Translations under genes and position numbers: made by a program
Part shown: piece after piece, positions 52,966 to 64,000 of the stretch
How the letters are laid out: each line of letters starts with the position of its first letter
Numbering within the stretch: position 1 is the stretch's first letter
Source: an uncultured Nitrospinota bacterium
GTDB lineage: Bacteria > Tectomicrobia > Entotheonellia > J063 > CAVPRW01
DNA length: 64,000 bases
Reading direction: 5' to 3'
Assembly (NCBI GenBank): GCA_963707985.1
Contig: CAVPRW010000048.1
Location: forward strand, 1 to 64,000
The notes under the pieces: model-generated
Told to the model about the DNA's origin: nothing
Database searches by the model: none
The model's input: the letters and a program-made list of their open reading frames with translations, nothing else

Positions 52966-54103
52966 TCATGCGGCTTCCAGGCTGAGGTCCCATGAAAGTC
53001 CGTGTAATTCCAGGTCTTTTGAGTTCAGGAAGCGCCAGTGATGCTTCAGGCTGAACACCATTTCTTCCATGGTGATGCGGCCCTTGCAGAGGATACGGGC
53101 GGTATAGAGCAGGACCAGGGCCGCCAACAGGCGCAAGACCAGATGGCCATAGTACGCATCTTCCCCATGGACCTGGCAGGCCTCCGTGGCCAACAGGTGC
53201 TTCAGTATCCGGAAGTAGTGTTCAATCCAGCTCCGCCGCTTCCAGGCTTGGATCAGGCGCGGCGCCGTCATGGGCGTGGCCAGACAGAGCCGATCATAGC
53301 GGTCCTCTCCCGGTTCATCGACAATGACCACGGTGACCCGCCCATACGTGGGGTTCGTCGCGGTCAGCCGAACATAGCGGACCCCTGGCCGCTGAGCGCT
53401 GTCATGCCAGGGCCAGTCAGCCTGGGTGAGCACGTCTCTGCCCTTGACCCGTCGTCCGTCGGGCAGCTGGAAAACATAGGTCCGCTTACCTTCCACGAGC
53501 AACGTTCCATGATGCAGGTGGGCCACATGGGCCAGCAGGTCGGCGTCTCCAAACCAGCTATCGGCCACCACCAGGGGCGGGGGCAACGGCATGCGCCGCC
53601 GCAGAGCCGCCCACGTCCGATCCAACATCACCTGCAGCCAGGTCAGCTTGTCGTCAGCACGGCCGCCCTGCACCCACCGGGTCGGGCCGGCGCACGGTGA
53701 AGTCCACTGGAATCACCAGCTTGCCTTCGCCAATCACCACCACCAGCAGCAGCCCATCGATCCCCCGCCGGACGCGATGTTCCTGGCCGCTCCACCAGGT
53801 CCCGACCAGCCCCAGCGGCTGCCCCCACTTCTTGAAGACGCGGTCATCGCCCACCCAGGTCCACTGCCACCGGCTGCGCGTCGCAGGGCTCTTGTCCTCG
53901 ACATGGTGCCACAGGCGCACCAGGAGGTCTTGGCTCCGCCGCTGCAACTGCTGGACCCACTTGCGCTTGGGCAGGGCACCGAGGAGCTTGGCCGGCAGGT
54001 TCTTGTCCCAGCCACGCACTCGCGTCAGCTCGTAGGCAGGTCTGGCAGCCAAACAGCGTGGGGAACATCACCCCGAAGATTTTTCCCAACAACTTTCCCA
54101 AGG
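52966..54103 (-). pseudogene. IS4/IS701-like DDE transposase remnant
   Basis: VVADSWFG, RRSWIEHYFRILKHLL; frameshifted; 5' end cut by IS66. Confidence 0.8.
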
Positions 54104-55701
54104 GTAACTACTCAGCCTAGCCCATCATCGTTGGGATGAACGCGAACGTGACTGAAGGTTTGGAGAAGGAATGAAGGGGTTGCGGCCAACAGCGTCCCGG
54201 ATGGCTGCAAAGACGTGCTTGGAATGCTGACGCGCAGTGGAGATGTCACCGCGGATGCGACCGAAGCGCGCGGCACCCTCAAGCGTTCGGAAGCAGCCCG
54301 ATACCGTCTGTGTGACTTTCACCATACGCACATCCCGTGCCGCTTGGTTGTTGTCAAACGGCCCGCGCAAGTCGTCCATGAACGCGAAGACCTGCGCTTT
54401 GAAGTCGCGAAGCCGGATCCGCAGGTGACGCGGCGGCGTTTGTTGGCGGCGGCCTCTTGTGCGGCCCTCCTCCGCGGTGCCGGGCCGCGCTGGCAGGGGG
54501 GTGGCGTCAACTCCCTCTGGGACCCTCTCAGCGTCGCGCCGTTCAACGGCGGCCAGCCACTCCGGCGGCCAGCTGGTGGCCTGCGGGAGCGTGTCCGCCA
54601 GCGCGGCTTTGATCTCACACAGCAGTTCCGACATGTCGTTGGCCCAGGGTGGCTGATACGGGGGGTCGAGGCATTGACGCGCGCGCAGGTGGTGGGCCTT
54701 ACAGAGCCCCTGACGACAATCTGCATAGTTGAAGTACGATTGCCAATGGTCAGGCACGGCTGTCCCGGTGCATGCGCCCAGCATCCCTGCCTCATCCATC
54801 GCCTCGTGGCCGCGCTTGGCCTGCCCTGTCGACTGCGTCAGCCGATCGGTGCAGGCCACATGCCGCCCATGGCGTTGCCCTGGCACCCGAAGCCCTGACT
54901 CATCCACCGGCACTACCTCACCGTCACGCAACCGCTCTTTCACCGCCGCTCGTGAGCGCTCAAGGCACCCGGATAAGTCCTCGGCCGCCTTCAACACCGT
55001 CGCTTCACTGATCGGCTGATGCACCAAGTCTGCAAAAATCTGCGTGGTACGCTCCACCGGTAGGTGATGTGGGTTGGTGCAGGACACCGCCCAGGTCTGG
55101 ACTTCTCGGCCGTATTGCACGGCCTGCGTCACACCAGTGGGAAAGACCCCTGTGGGCGTCCTGCCACAGTGTGGACAGATCTTGAGGTCGGCGCGATGGG
55201 CCGTGACGACCAGCTGGCAGCGCCGGCATATCGCACACCTGACGCGCTTCATCCCCCATCGCCACGGTAGCCGACCAGGTCGCCGGACAAGGCGCACAGG
55301 TGTCCGCTGTCTGCGTCTCGGTGCGATCAGGATGCTCCGAGGCGGTCAGGGTATGGCCTGCATGGCCCGGCTGCCCGCCGTTGGGCTTGGCGCCGGACTG
55401 CCGTACGCTTTGGGTCCGTTTCGGCTGCGTCTAGCCGTCACTTGAGGGTGGTTGACTGCTGGTGCGGCTGTCCTGGGCCACCCGGGCTTGTACCGCCTGC
55501 AGCGCTGCACCTGGTTGGGCCCATGGCCGGGCAAGCTCTTCCACCTGGCCAGCGACATCATGGAACACGTGCCGCACCGCCGCCTCGCCCTTTTCCAAGG
55601 CAATCTGGATGGCTTCATCTGTAGGCATGCGAAAGTTCATGAGACAAAGCTTAAACCGACCTGCCCCTGTTTCGCAACTATTTGGGAAGCTGAGTAGTTA
55701 C
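54104..55701 (-). mobile_element. IS66-family element, decayed
   Basis: Perfect IRs GTAACTACTCAGC / GCTGAGTAGTTAC; SSQPPSSDG, DESG, CKAHHLR, FDNNQAARDVRMVKV...SGCFRT. Confidence 0.9.
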
Positions 55702-58700
55702 GAATTAAGACCATATCCAGATGCTCGGGCCCCCACACCCTTTTTAGGATGGCCAATGCCCGCTGATATAGCGGCTCGGCTTTGGCATACTGATGTTGAT
55801 CGTTATACTCGACATTGGCCATTTTTGAGTAGGCAGGGAGGCGAGAGATGATCTCTCCCAAAGTTCATGCTATCGAAGGAGGACATCCTATCATGCCGCC
55901 CCTGCCCGAAGCGATCATACTGGTGTTGGCCCCGTTTGCACCACTCTTTTCGGAGCGCGTCTGGCGCCATGCCCAGGTCTTGACTCTTGGGGGCGATGCT
56001 CACGCCCGGGGCCCGCACGGTGACCAGCCGCCTTGCGGGTGATGGGCCTGGCGATGGAGCGCCACTTCACGAACGACCATCGGGTCCTGAACCGGGCCAC
56101 CTGGTCGGCCCTTCACGGGAGCCGGATTCTGTTGGGGCTGACTGATCACGTTCTTGGTCCCCAGGAGCGCAACGATCGTCTTCGGGGCGGACGACACGGT
56201 GGAACGTCGGCGCGGCCGCAAGCTCAGCGCCAAAGGCTGCTATCGTGATGCGGTACGCTCCAGCCAGAAGCACGTCATCCGCTGTTTCGGCCTGAAGTGG
56301 GTCTCGATGATGCTCTTGGTGCCGGTGCCCTGGAGCCGGCGGGTGTGGGCGCTGCCGTTTCTCACCGCCCTGTGCTGGCCCACAGCGCAGGGCAAGCGAC
56401 GACGGCATAAACCCAGTGTCGATTGGGTCCGGCAGATGATGAAGCCAGCGCGGCGCTGGCTGCCGGGGCGACGCCTGGTCCTGGTCGTCGATGGGGGCTT
56501 TGCCGCGGTGTCGCTGGCCCTGGCCTGTGTCAAACGCAAAGTCGTCATGGTCTCCCGCTTGCGCTGGGATGCGGCGCTTTATCACCTGCCGGGACCGCAG
56601 CCCCCAGGCACGCGCGGCCCGAAACCCCCAAGGGGAAGCGCCAACGGAGCTTGCAGGGCTGGGCGGAGCGCTCTGATACCCCGTGGGAGACGGTGGAGGT
56701 GGACTGGTAGAAGGGCGAGCGCAAAACGTTGTGGGTCTTCTCGCGGACCGCCCTGTGGTAGACGCCGCGCCAGCCTCCGGTGGCCATCCGCTACCTCCTG
56801 GTGGCGGACCCGGAGGGGAAGCTGCGGATGGAAGCCTTTTTCTGTACCGACCTGGAGGCGACGCTGGTGGAGATCCTGCAGTGGGTGGTCATGCGCTGGT
56901 CGGTTGAGGTCACCTTTGAAGAAGCCCGCGCCCATCTCTGGCTTCGAGACCCAACGCCAGTGGTCGGACAAGGCCATCGCCCGCACCACCCCTGTCCTGT
57001 TGGGCACTGTTCTCGCTGGTCACCCTGCTGGCCCTGCGGTTGAGCCAGAGCGATCCGATTCCAGTGCCGACGACGGCATGGTATCGCAAACTGGAGCCAA
57101 CCTTTGCGGACTGTCTGGCGTTGGTGCGTCGGCATCTCTGGCGCGCCCGGTATGTGGTATACTCTACTCCCGAAGCAGAGTGCATGCAATTCCCTCGAGA
57201 GGTTCTTGACCTCTTGATCTATGGCGTCCCGTTAGCAGCTTGATTGGCCAAAGTCGGGTTATAGAGTGTCGCGAAATTATTGAGGGTGGCGCTCAGGTCC
57301 GGATGTTCAGGTCCCAGCATTTTCTCCTGGATCGCCACTGCTCTCAGATAGAGCGGCTCAGCCTCCACATAGCGGCCCTGGTTTTGATAAACCCGAGCGA
57401 GGTTGTTGAGAATTAAAGCTAAGTTCGGATGCTCCGACCCTAATCTCTTCTGCTGGATGGCCAGCGCCCTCGTGAGGAGCGGCTCGGCCTGGGTATACAG
57501 ACTGCGTGCGTAATAGGATATCGCCAGGTTAGTGAGGATTATAGCGACAGTTGGATGTTCGGGTCCCAGCACTTTCTCATCGATGGCTAACGCCTGCCGT
57601 AAGAGCGGCTCGGCCTCACCATGATAGCCCTGCTCTTGATAAAGCCGGAAGAGGTTGTTAAGGGTTAGAGCAAGGTCCGGATCTTCTGGCCCTAATGCCT
57701 TCTGCTGGATGGCCAGCGCCCGCTGCAACAGGGGCTCGGCCCGGTGATACTCACGGCGTGCGTGATAGACCCCCGCCAGGGAATTGAGGCTTCTAGCCAT
57801 GACCCAATGCTCAGGCCCCACCACCTTCTCTAAAATAGTGATCGTTCGCTGCAAGAATAGCTCGGCTTGCCCATACTCAGCGCGCATGTAATAGACCCCC
57901 GCCAAGTTGCTGAGGGTCAAGGCCACATCCGGATGTTCGGGCCCTAGCACTTTCTTCTGGATCGCGACCGCCCGCTGCAAGAGTGACTCGGCCTCGGGAT
58001 AACGGCCCTGGTCTAAATAAAGCCTGGCCAGGGTGATCAGGCTTATGGTAATGTCTCGGTGCTCAGGTCCCAGCACCTTCTCGTGGATGGCCAAGGCACG
58101 TGCGAGGGGCGGCTCGCTGTCTCCATAATCACCTGCTTCGTAAGAGGCAAATCCCCAGTAGTGGAGATAGGTAGCGAGCGTCACGTCTGCCCCTTCCGCG
58201 ACAAATTCGACTAAATCAGCGGCTTGGCGGTAGTAGCTCGCCGCCTCGCTAAAATTCAACTGAGTTTCTTTTAACCCACCAATGGCGGCCATGGAGGCCG
58301 CCGCCGATAGTAGGTGCTTCGCGGATATTGTATCGGATTGCTGAGCGCCCTTAAGATCCTTTATAGCCGCCTCGGTCAAAAGCTTTTCTGCTTGCGCAAG
58401 ATCTCCTGCATTCAAGGCTTTGCTGGCCTCACGCTTCAGATCTATGACTGCAGGATCATTAGAGGTAACGGGCTGGGACTTGCACAGCTCTGATTTCTGC
58501 AGATCTGCATCTTCTCGGCATACCAGAGTAATTGCATCTTGCACAGTTTCTGCTTTCATAGGCATCCAGTAATCATGAATAACGAGAAAACTAATCCTTT
58601 TTTGATAATTGGCAATGCCAAGGCGGCTAAGCCCTTTTTCAATTTTCCTAAGAGCCAAATTCTCCGAAGTAGTTGAATACTCTATATCGAGTAGCGCTGC

Positions 58701-58897
58701 TGTAATTTGAAACCAAGAGCGATCATTAAGTGGGGGTAATCGGAAATGAGTTTTCGAATTTGCCTTGATGGGAACTCCATCAAGTTCTCTAAAATCACCG
58801 ATAGGCATATAAAAACGATTCCCTCCAGGTAGAACTACATTCCCATTATCTACAGTCGCGACCACCTCTTTAGTTGTTCTCGCTAGAAGAAATTGCA
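55702..58897 (-). pseudogene. Tetratricopeptide-repeat (kinesin light chain-like) protein, interrupted by the IS701-like element and truncated at both ends
   Basis: Repeated AEPLL.RALAI.EKVLGPEHP units; the frame continues at 55807 after removing the IS. Confidence 0.88.
55808..57258 (+). mobile_element. IS701-like element, decayed
   Basis: IRs CTCGACATTGGCCA / TGGCCAAAGTCGGG; 5-bp TSD TTATA; DDTVERRRG, RWSVEVTFEEARAH. Confidence 0.9.
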
Positions 58898-59005
58898 GTT
58901 CTGTCGCAAATTGCGATTTTAGGGGCAAAATCCGAAAATCGAGTATCCGCAATTCAACGACTTACAGACCTCAAAACTCGCGAAAAAGCAAATTTGCGAC
59001 AGAAC
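58898..59005 (+). repeat. 108-bp MITE-like repeat, copy 4
   Basis: Same TIRs and core as copy 2. Confidence 0.92.
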
Positions 59006-59087
59006 CGTGGTCGCCGCTCGTGACTCCTCGCAAGTCTCCCAGCATCCCATCGTTTCCCCACACTGATCGCCGACCTCACCCCACCAC

Positions 59088-60200
59088 ATGGCGAGGTCCC
59101 TGGCCGTGCCATGCGGACGACTGGCCTCGCGGCAGGAGGACGATGTGTGTTCGGCGAGACACACGGCACGTAGAAAGGAGCGCTGTCCACACGCGGATGC
59201 TGACGCGGTCATTGTGTCACCGTATCATTGGAAAATTCCTGCTGAGGAGGCCCCGCATCGCTTCTTCAACACGTGTACGATCGAGGAGATCATCGAGGCG
59301 CGCCCGCGTGATGCATGGGTCGAACAGCGGGTGCTGCAAGGCTTCCCCGCTGGATACACCACCGTCACGCGAGAGCGGAATGAGGTATTCGTGTTCTACG
59401 GAACGGAAGATCCTTCCACGTGTACGGACGAGGCCGAACTCGCGGGGCGATGCACCTTTGGCCCGATGACGGCCAAGATCGATGCCGACACGTTCACGGT
59501 CGTTGGGAAGAAACTCCTGTACAACACAAAGGTCCTGAACGCCTGGGACTAGGTCGGTGGAGTTGGGGTTCACGCGAATGGGTTCTTGTACACGATCGCG
59601 GACAATCGGGCCTTCAAACAAGACCCCGACACGGGAGAAATCCTCGCGACCACGATGCTCCCGACCCCGGACAACAACGGGCAGACGCCACAGGATACGA
59701 TCTACAACGGCTTCATCGTCTTGAGGGACGGAAAGTTGGTCACCAAGCAGGTGACCCGAAAGAAAAGCCGTACGTTGCAGGGGATCCAGGCGCTGTTGAA
59801 TTGCCCTGATTTTTCGATTCCTGCATACCTCACAGTGCTGGATCCGGACACGTTGAAGATTCTCTCGACCACCGCGGCCCCCCAAACTGCTCTTGGACGC
59901 ATCACGAGCGCGGTGTTCGAGGGCCAGGAGTACGTGTACCTGCCGGACGCGGACCCCCAACGACCCGAATGCCGACGAGCCGATGGATTCCAGGCCCTCG
60001 AGGACGTACCGCTTCGTGTATGACAAGAGCACCAATGCCCTGACGCTCGACCCGGACTTCACGCCCGTCCCCTACGTTCGGTTCATAGGGCAGAAGCCGG
60101 GAACAGCGGTCGCAGTCATGGGCGACTACGCGATCGTGCAGACCAATTACGTGCTCAAAGCGGAACATGACCTCGGAATCACTGTTTTCTCGCAAACCGG
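59088..60200 (+). pseudogene. Fragmented hypothetical protein (possibly beta-propeller)
   Basis: Three consecutive protein-like segments separated by a stop and frameshifts. Confidence 0.4.
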
Positions 60201-60207
60201 GTGTGGC

Positions 60208-60760
60208 ATGATTGCCGGTGCAGGACGTTGGCTTTTGGTCGAAGCAGAGGAGATCAGAGCGCTGGTCGACGGTCGCAAAACACGGAAGCGGGGGGTGATC
60301 ACCGCGGGATTGTTGTGCCCCTTCGGGAAACCCGGCGATCTGCTGTGGGTAAGAGAGAGCTGCGGGCAAGACCGGAGAGATAGAAGGGTAGTGGTCTATG
60401 AGGCGACCCCGGATTGTTGCCGAGGTGCGGACGGGGTGATCCGTGATGAACCTGACGAGGGACGGCTGGACGCCTTGAAACACCACAGGTGCTGGAAGCG
60501 GGTCAGAGCCCTCGGCATGCCCAGATCGGCCTCGCGCCTGACGCTCGAAATCACCGCTATCCGGGCCGGGTGGGTGCAGGGGATTTCAGAAGCGGATGCC
60601 AGGGCAGAGGGTTTTGCCGCGGTTTCGGAGTATCGGCGCTGTTGGGAAGGATGGTGTCTGTGGCACCAAAACCTCCCGGTCTGGATCCTGACCTTCATCG
60701 TCCACCAGCGCCACGTGACGGAGGTGGAGCCTTCAGCGGATAGGAACCGTGGGAAAGATA
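60208..60760 (+). pseudogene. Phage-type ASCH/PUA-like protein
   Basis: ALVDGRKTRKR...CPFGKPGDLLWVRE...MPRSASRLTLEITAIR...ISEADARAEG; 3' end uncertain. Confidence 0.6.
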
Positions 60761-61195
60761 AAACGGGGCTGCTCTTTTCCTATGGTCCGGTGTCTCGGCG
60801 GCGAACGTATTGTCGGATCTTGATGTCGGGCTGGTCCCGGGCCTGGCCTGACGCGTGCCTCTATCCTGGTCGTGGAAAGAGATGATGATATCCCGCCCCC
60901 GACCCTCTACCGGCACTGTCCTCAAACCGCGTCATGATTTTGTTGACCTCAGTGCGGACGTCAGCCAACCGTGTTGGTTCATCGTCACCCAGCAAATTCA
61001 CAGAAGTGAGCTGTTACCTGGTGGAAGCCTCGTCCTGGTGGTGTGTCGCGTGGGTGCTGGTGCAGCTGGCCTCGACTCAACACGGTCGAGTTCATTCCGC
61101 ACCGAGGTCAAGGTAATTTTGACGGGGGCTGAGAGGTCACGTATGGGTTGGAACGCCCGAGGTGCTGACACACCTGGGGCGTTCTGTTTGTTTGC

Positions 61196-61423
61196 CTAGG
61201 ACGCCACAGCTTTCACCAGCTTCGGCTCATAGGCCTGGCGCTGGTTCCTGCACTGGCACGCCTCGACGAAGGCGTCCACGTCCGACTGAAGCACGTAGCC
61301 GGTTCCCTCCAATTGGACATGCGGCATCGTACCTACCGCCAACCATCTTCGGAACGTGATCGGCGTCACATGGATCTGCTTGGCCGCATCCTCGTCTGTG
61401 ACGTATCTTCCGTCTGGAAGCAT
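61196..61423 (-). CDS. Excisionase-like HTH (HTH_17/MerR) protein
   Basis: YVTDEDAAKQIHVTPITFRRWL...SDVDAFV; AGGAGG RBS. Confidence 0.7.
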   Translation of the reverse strand: MLPDGRYVTDEDAAKQIHVTPITFRRWLAVGTMPHVQLEGTGYVLQSDVDAFVEACQCRNQRQAYEPKLVKAVAS

Positions 61424-62399
61424 CGCCCTTCCTCCTTTCCCCTGAAATGTGATGAGCTACACCACCGCGCAAGTTTGCCTCACGTGTCTCGCCTGTGCAA
61501 GAAAATTCTGCATATCCCTATGGCTCTGCATGGATACCCTCGGCCTCAGGGCGGCTTCGCGAGCCACATCTGTTACGAAAATTATGACGCGGACAGGCCG
61601 CATCCGATTTCGTGACACGTTATCGCTTCTATGCGCGGTCCGCGACTGTGCGCATCGACCACACCGTGATTCGCACGGAGAACGACGGCTCCAAGATCGC
61701 TTCGCTGGTGTTCATCCCGACGACGTCGCCTTCCGGCAGCGTCCGCTACGGCCTCGACGGCGCCATACTCAGCACATCAGCTGCGATCGATCTTCGACAA
61801 CACAATTCGGACAGCGTCGTCGACCCACTCTGGGCCCAGATCGGCACGAGGCTCGATGGTTGGGTGGAGAAGAAGAGCGGCACGCGCGGACAGTTCATCG
61901 GCCTCAGGTGGCCATGGCAGCAGTATCCAACCCGAATCACCACCTTCTTCACCCCTCCACCGAGCAGCGTCCTGTTGCCCAGGGTGCACCTGATCGGACC
62001 CGGGTGCCCGATGGGACCTCGAGGTTGAGGACCACGTGATCCCGCCGCTCAGTGGTTACACCAACGCTCAGTGGGACATTGCCAAGAGGAAGGCTCCGTT
62101 CCTGAACGCGGACAATGGACCTCGGATCAGCCCGATTGGTGTGGGGAAAACCTATGAGCTAATGTTTTGGGAGGCTGGCACGTCAGACCCCACGTTTGGT
62201 TTGGCGCCTGCGGTTCGAAACACGCTCCTCCAGCATCCGATCTATGCCTACGTCGATCCGCAGTGGGTCGTGAAGGCCGAACTTCCTGGGCCCAATGCCG
62301 CCAAAGCGCCGCTCTCGGACCCTACAATCGAGACGGCACTCGACGCGTCATTCGACTGGATGACGCGCCAGTGAAAGGACGAGTTCGACGAAAAACGAT

Positions 62400-62830
62400 T
62401 CATCTGTACCCAGTGCCGGAAGACCTTCACCATCACCAAAGGCACGGCGTCGTCCCGTCTGCGGACTCCGGCTGCGACGGTGCCCCGCGTGGTCACGCTG
62501 ATGGCACATGGCTGCCCACGACAGGTCATCGTCGTCACGTGCGGGGTGGAGGCGCGGACCGTCGCGCATGCGTTGCGGCGGGCGGGCGTCCAGGGGCAAG
62601 CGGTGCAGGAACATGGGGTCGAGCCACCCCGGGATCGCGGGCCGGTGCAAGCCGACGAGCGCCGCGTCAAGACACCAGGTGGCGTCGTGTGGATGGGGCT
62701 GGCGAGGCTGGTCAGCACCCGCGTGTGACGGGCGGGTGCAGTCAGCGAGCCGCGTGACATGACGCTGATTCGGCGCCTGAGCGAGCGGGTGTGCGCCTGG
62801 GCCCTGCCTTGCCCCCTGCTGTTCTGTCCG
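62400..62830 (+). pseudogene. IS1-like transposase remnant
   Basis: VVTLMAHGCPRQVIV...ARTVAH...QADERRVK..GGVVWM. Confidence 0.55.
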
Positions 62831-62920
62831 GATGGGGTGGGGTCCGATATTCGAGCCGGTCGGGAGTCATGCCGTGCGCCTCTGGCATACTCTCTGCCTA
62901 GCGCCGGTGAGGAAATGGTC

Positions 62921-63327
62921 ATGAACCCGGTCGTTCACTTTGAGATACCATACGAGAATCGGCAACGGATGGCGACATTTTATGGGTCAGCGTTCGGTTG
63001 GCAAACGCGATGCTGGGCGAGGAGATGGGCAACTACGTACTGGCCACGATCACGGAAGCCGACGAGAACGGCCCCAAAACACCCGGCGCGATTAACGGCG
63101 GGTGTTTCCAGAAACGACCCGATTGGCCGGGACAATATCCGTCCGTCGTGATCGCCGTGGACGATATTCAAGCATCGATCAGGAAAGTCACGGACGCGGG
63201 CGGCCATGTGCTCGGCGACCCGATGGAGATCCCAGGTATGGGGCAATATGTCTCGTTCACCGACACCGAGGGCAACCGGGTGAGTATGATCCAGCCTGTC
63301 CCGCGCCATGGGGCGAAGGCGGAGTAG
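62921..63327 (+). CDS. VOC/glyoxalase family protein (one frameshift near 63010)
   Basis: MNPVVHFEIP...GAINGG...FTDTEGNRVSMIQ. Confidence 0.85.
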
Positions 63328-63542
63328 CGCGGGCGGGAAGGCGGCAGGAGAGCCGAAGCGATGCGGGCGGTGGAAAAGGTCATGTGAATGGCCTATACTC
63401 CCTGTTGAAGACATCCCGTTAAACGTCCTCAGTGCTCCTGCGATGGCTGTGACAGGCTCGCATCCGACACTGATGGCTCCGCGGACTGGGCAGGCACGCG
63501 ATCCTGGTCACACGTGAGAGGTATCCGGAAGGAGGCACGTGT

Positions 63543-64000
63543 ATGACGTCTGAGCCCCATGGGCAGAGGGTATGGTCTCGCCGTTGGTTTCTCCAGAATA
63601 CCCTGGCTGGCGTGGCGGGATGGGCGACCTGGCACGGGTGGCCATCCCGCCACCGGGCCATGGCGCAAAAAGGTGCCCCCACCGGGCAGATGACGTGGGC
63701 GATGCACATCACCCTGGCGCCGACGTGGTTTGATCCGGCGGAGACCGGGGCGTTGCTTACCCTCTATATCTGCCTCTATGCCCTGCATGATGCGCTGGTG
63801 AAACCCATGCCTGACGGGCAGCTGTCGCCCTGCCTCGCGACCCAGTGGCGCGAGAGCGAGGATGGGTTGACCTACGATTTCGAGCTGCGCCAAGGCGTCA
63901 AGTTCCACAATGGCGATCCCTTTACCGCTGAAGACGTCACGTTTAGCTTTGAGCGCTACAAAGGGGCGGGTGCGGCGGAACTGAAGAAGCAGGTCAAGGC
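63543..64000 (+). CDS. Family-5 ABC substrate-binding protein, 5' part (frameshifted, runs off the window)
   Basis: LHDALVKPMP...SEDGLTYDFELRQGVKFHNGDPFTAEDVTFSFERY. Confidence 0.85.
   Translation, partial: MTSEPHGQRVWSRRWFLQNTLAGVAGWATWHGWPSRHRAMAQKGAPTGQMTWAMHITLAPTWFDPAETGALLTLYICLYALHDALVKPMPDGQLSPCLATQWRESEDGLTYDFELRQGVKFHNGDPFTAEDVTFSFERYKGAGAAELKKQVK

Noticed and set aside
47969..59212. ORFs sharing the peptides [26 protein letters not shown] or FCRKFAFSRVL
   Set aside because: They are read-through translations of the 108-bp MITE.
60208..62374. Intact prophage
   Set aside because: Only an ASCH-like fragment, an HTH gene and unknown ORFs are present, with no structural, terminase or integrase genes.

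Overview
GC-rich bacterial accessory region, heavily rearranged. The paralogous family-5 ABC substrate-binding proteins and the IS repertoire suggest Ca. Entotheonella/Tectomicrobia, but that is inference only. Positions 1 to ~24.3 kb are an integron gene-cassette array with about 17 cassettes, 15 recognisable attC sites and no true intI in the window. For most cassettes the 5' core heptamer is the exact complement of the cassette's own attC inverse core. Cargo includes toxin-antitoxin pairs, putative nucleases or defence genes, and host-like metabolic genes. Mobile elements interact with the recombination sites in three ways. (1) A 754-nt ORF-less group IIB-type intron sits in the left arm of one attC on the top strand, and its predicted EBS1/EBS2 match the attC consensus. 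(2) A decayed tyrosine recombinase plus IS91-like transposase module lies exactly between the two R boxes of a cassette junction. (3) A second IS91-like transposase directly follows an attC. From 24 to 64 kb the window is a mosaic of IS remnants (ISKra4, IS5, IS66, IS701/IS4-like, IS1-like), orphan cassettes on both strands, a decayed group IIC intron, four copies of a 108-bp MITE at gene breakpoints, and metabolic genes (cupin + eutA-like, an acyl-CoA dehydrogenase pair, a liv-type ABC transporter). Many genes carry single-base frameshifts that may be sequencing error. Decayed mobile genes appear to show a strong T>G substitution bias. All family calls come from motif recognition by eye; no database searches were run.
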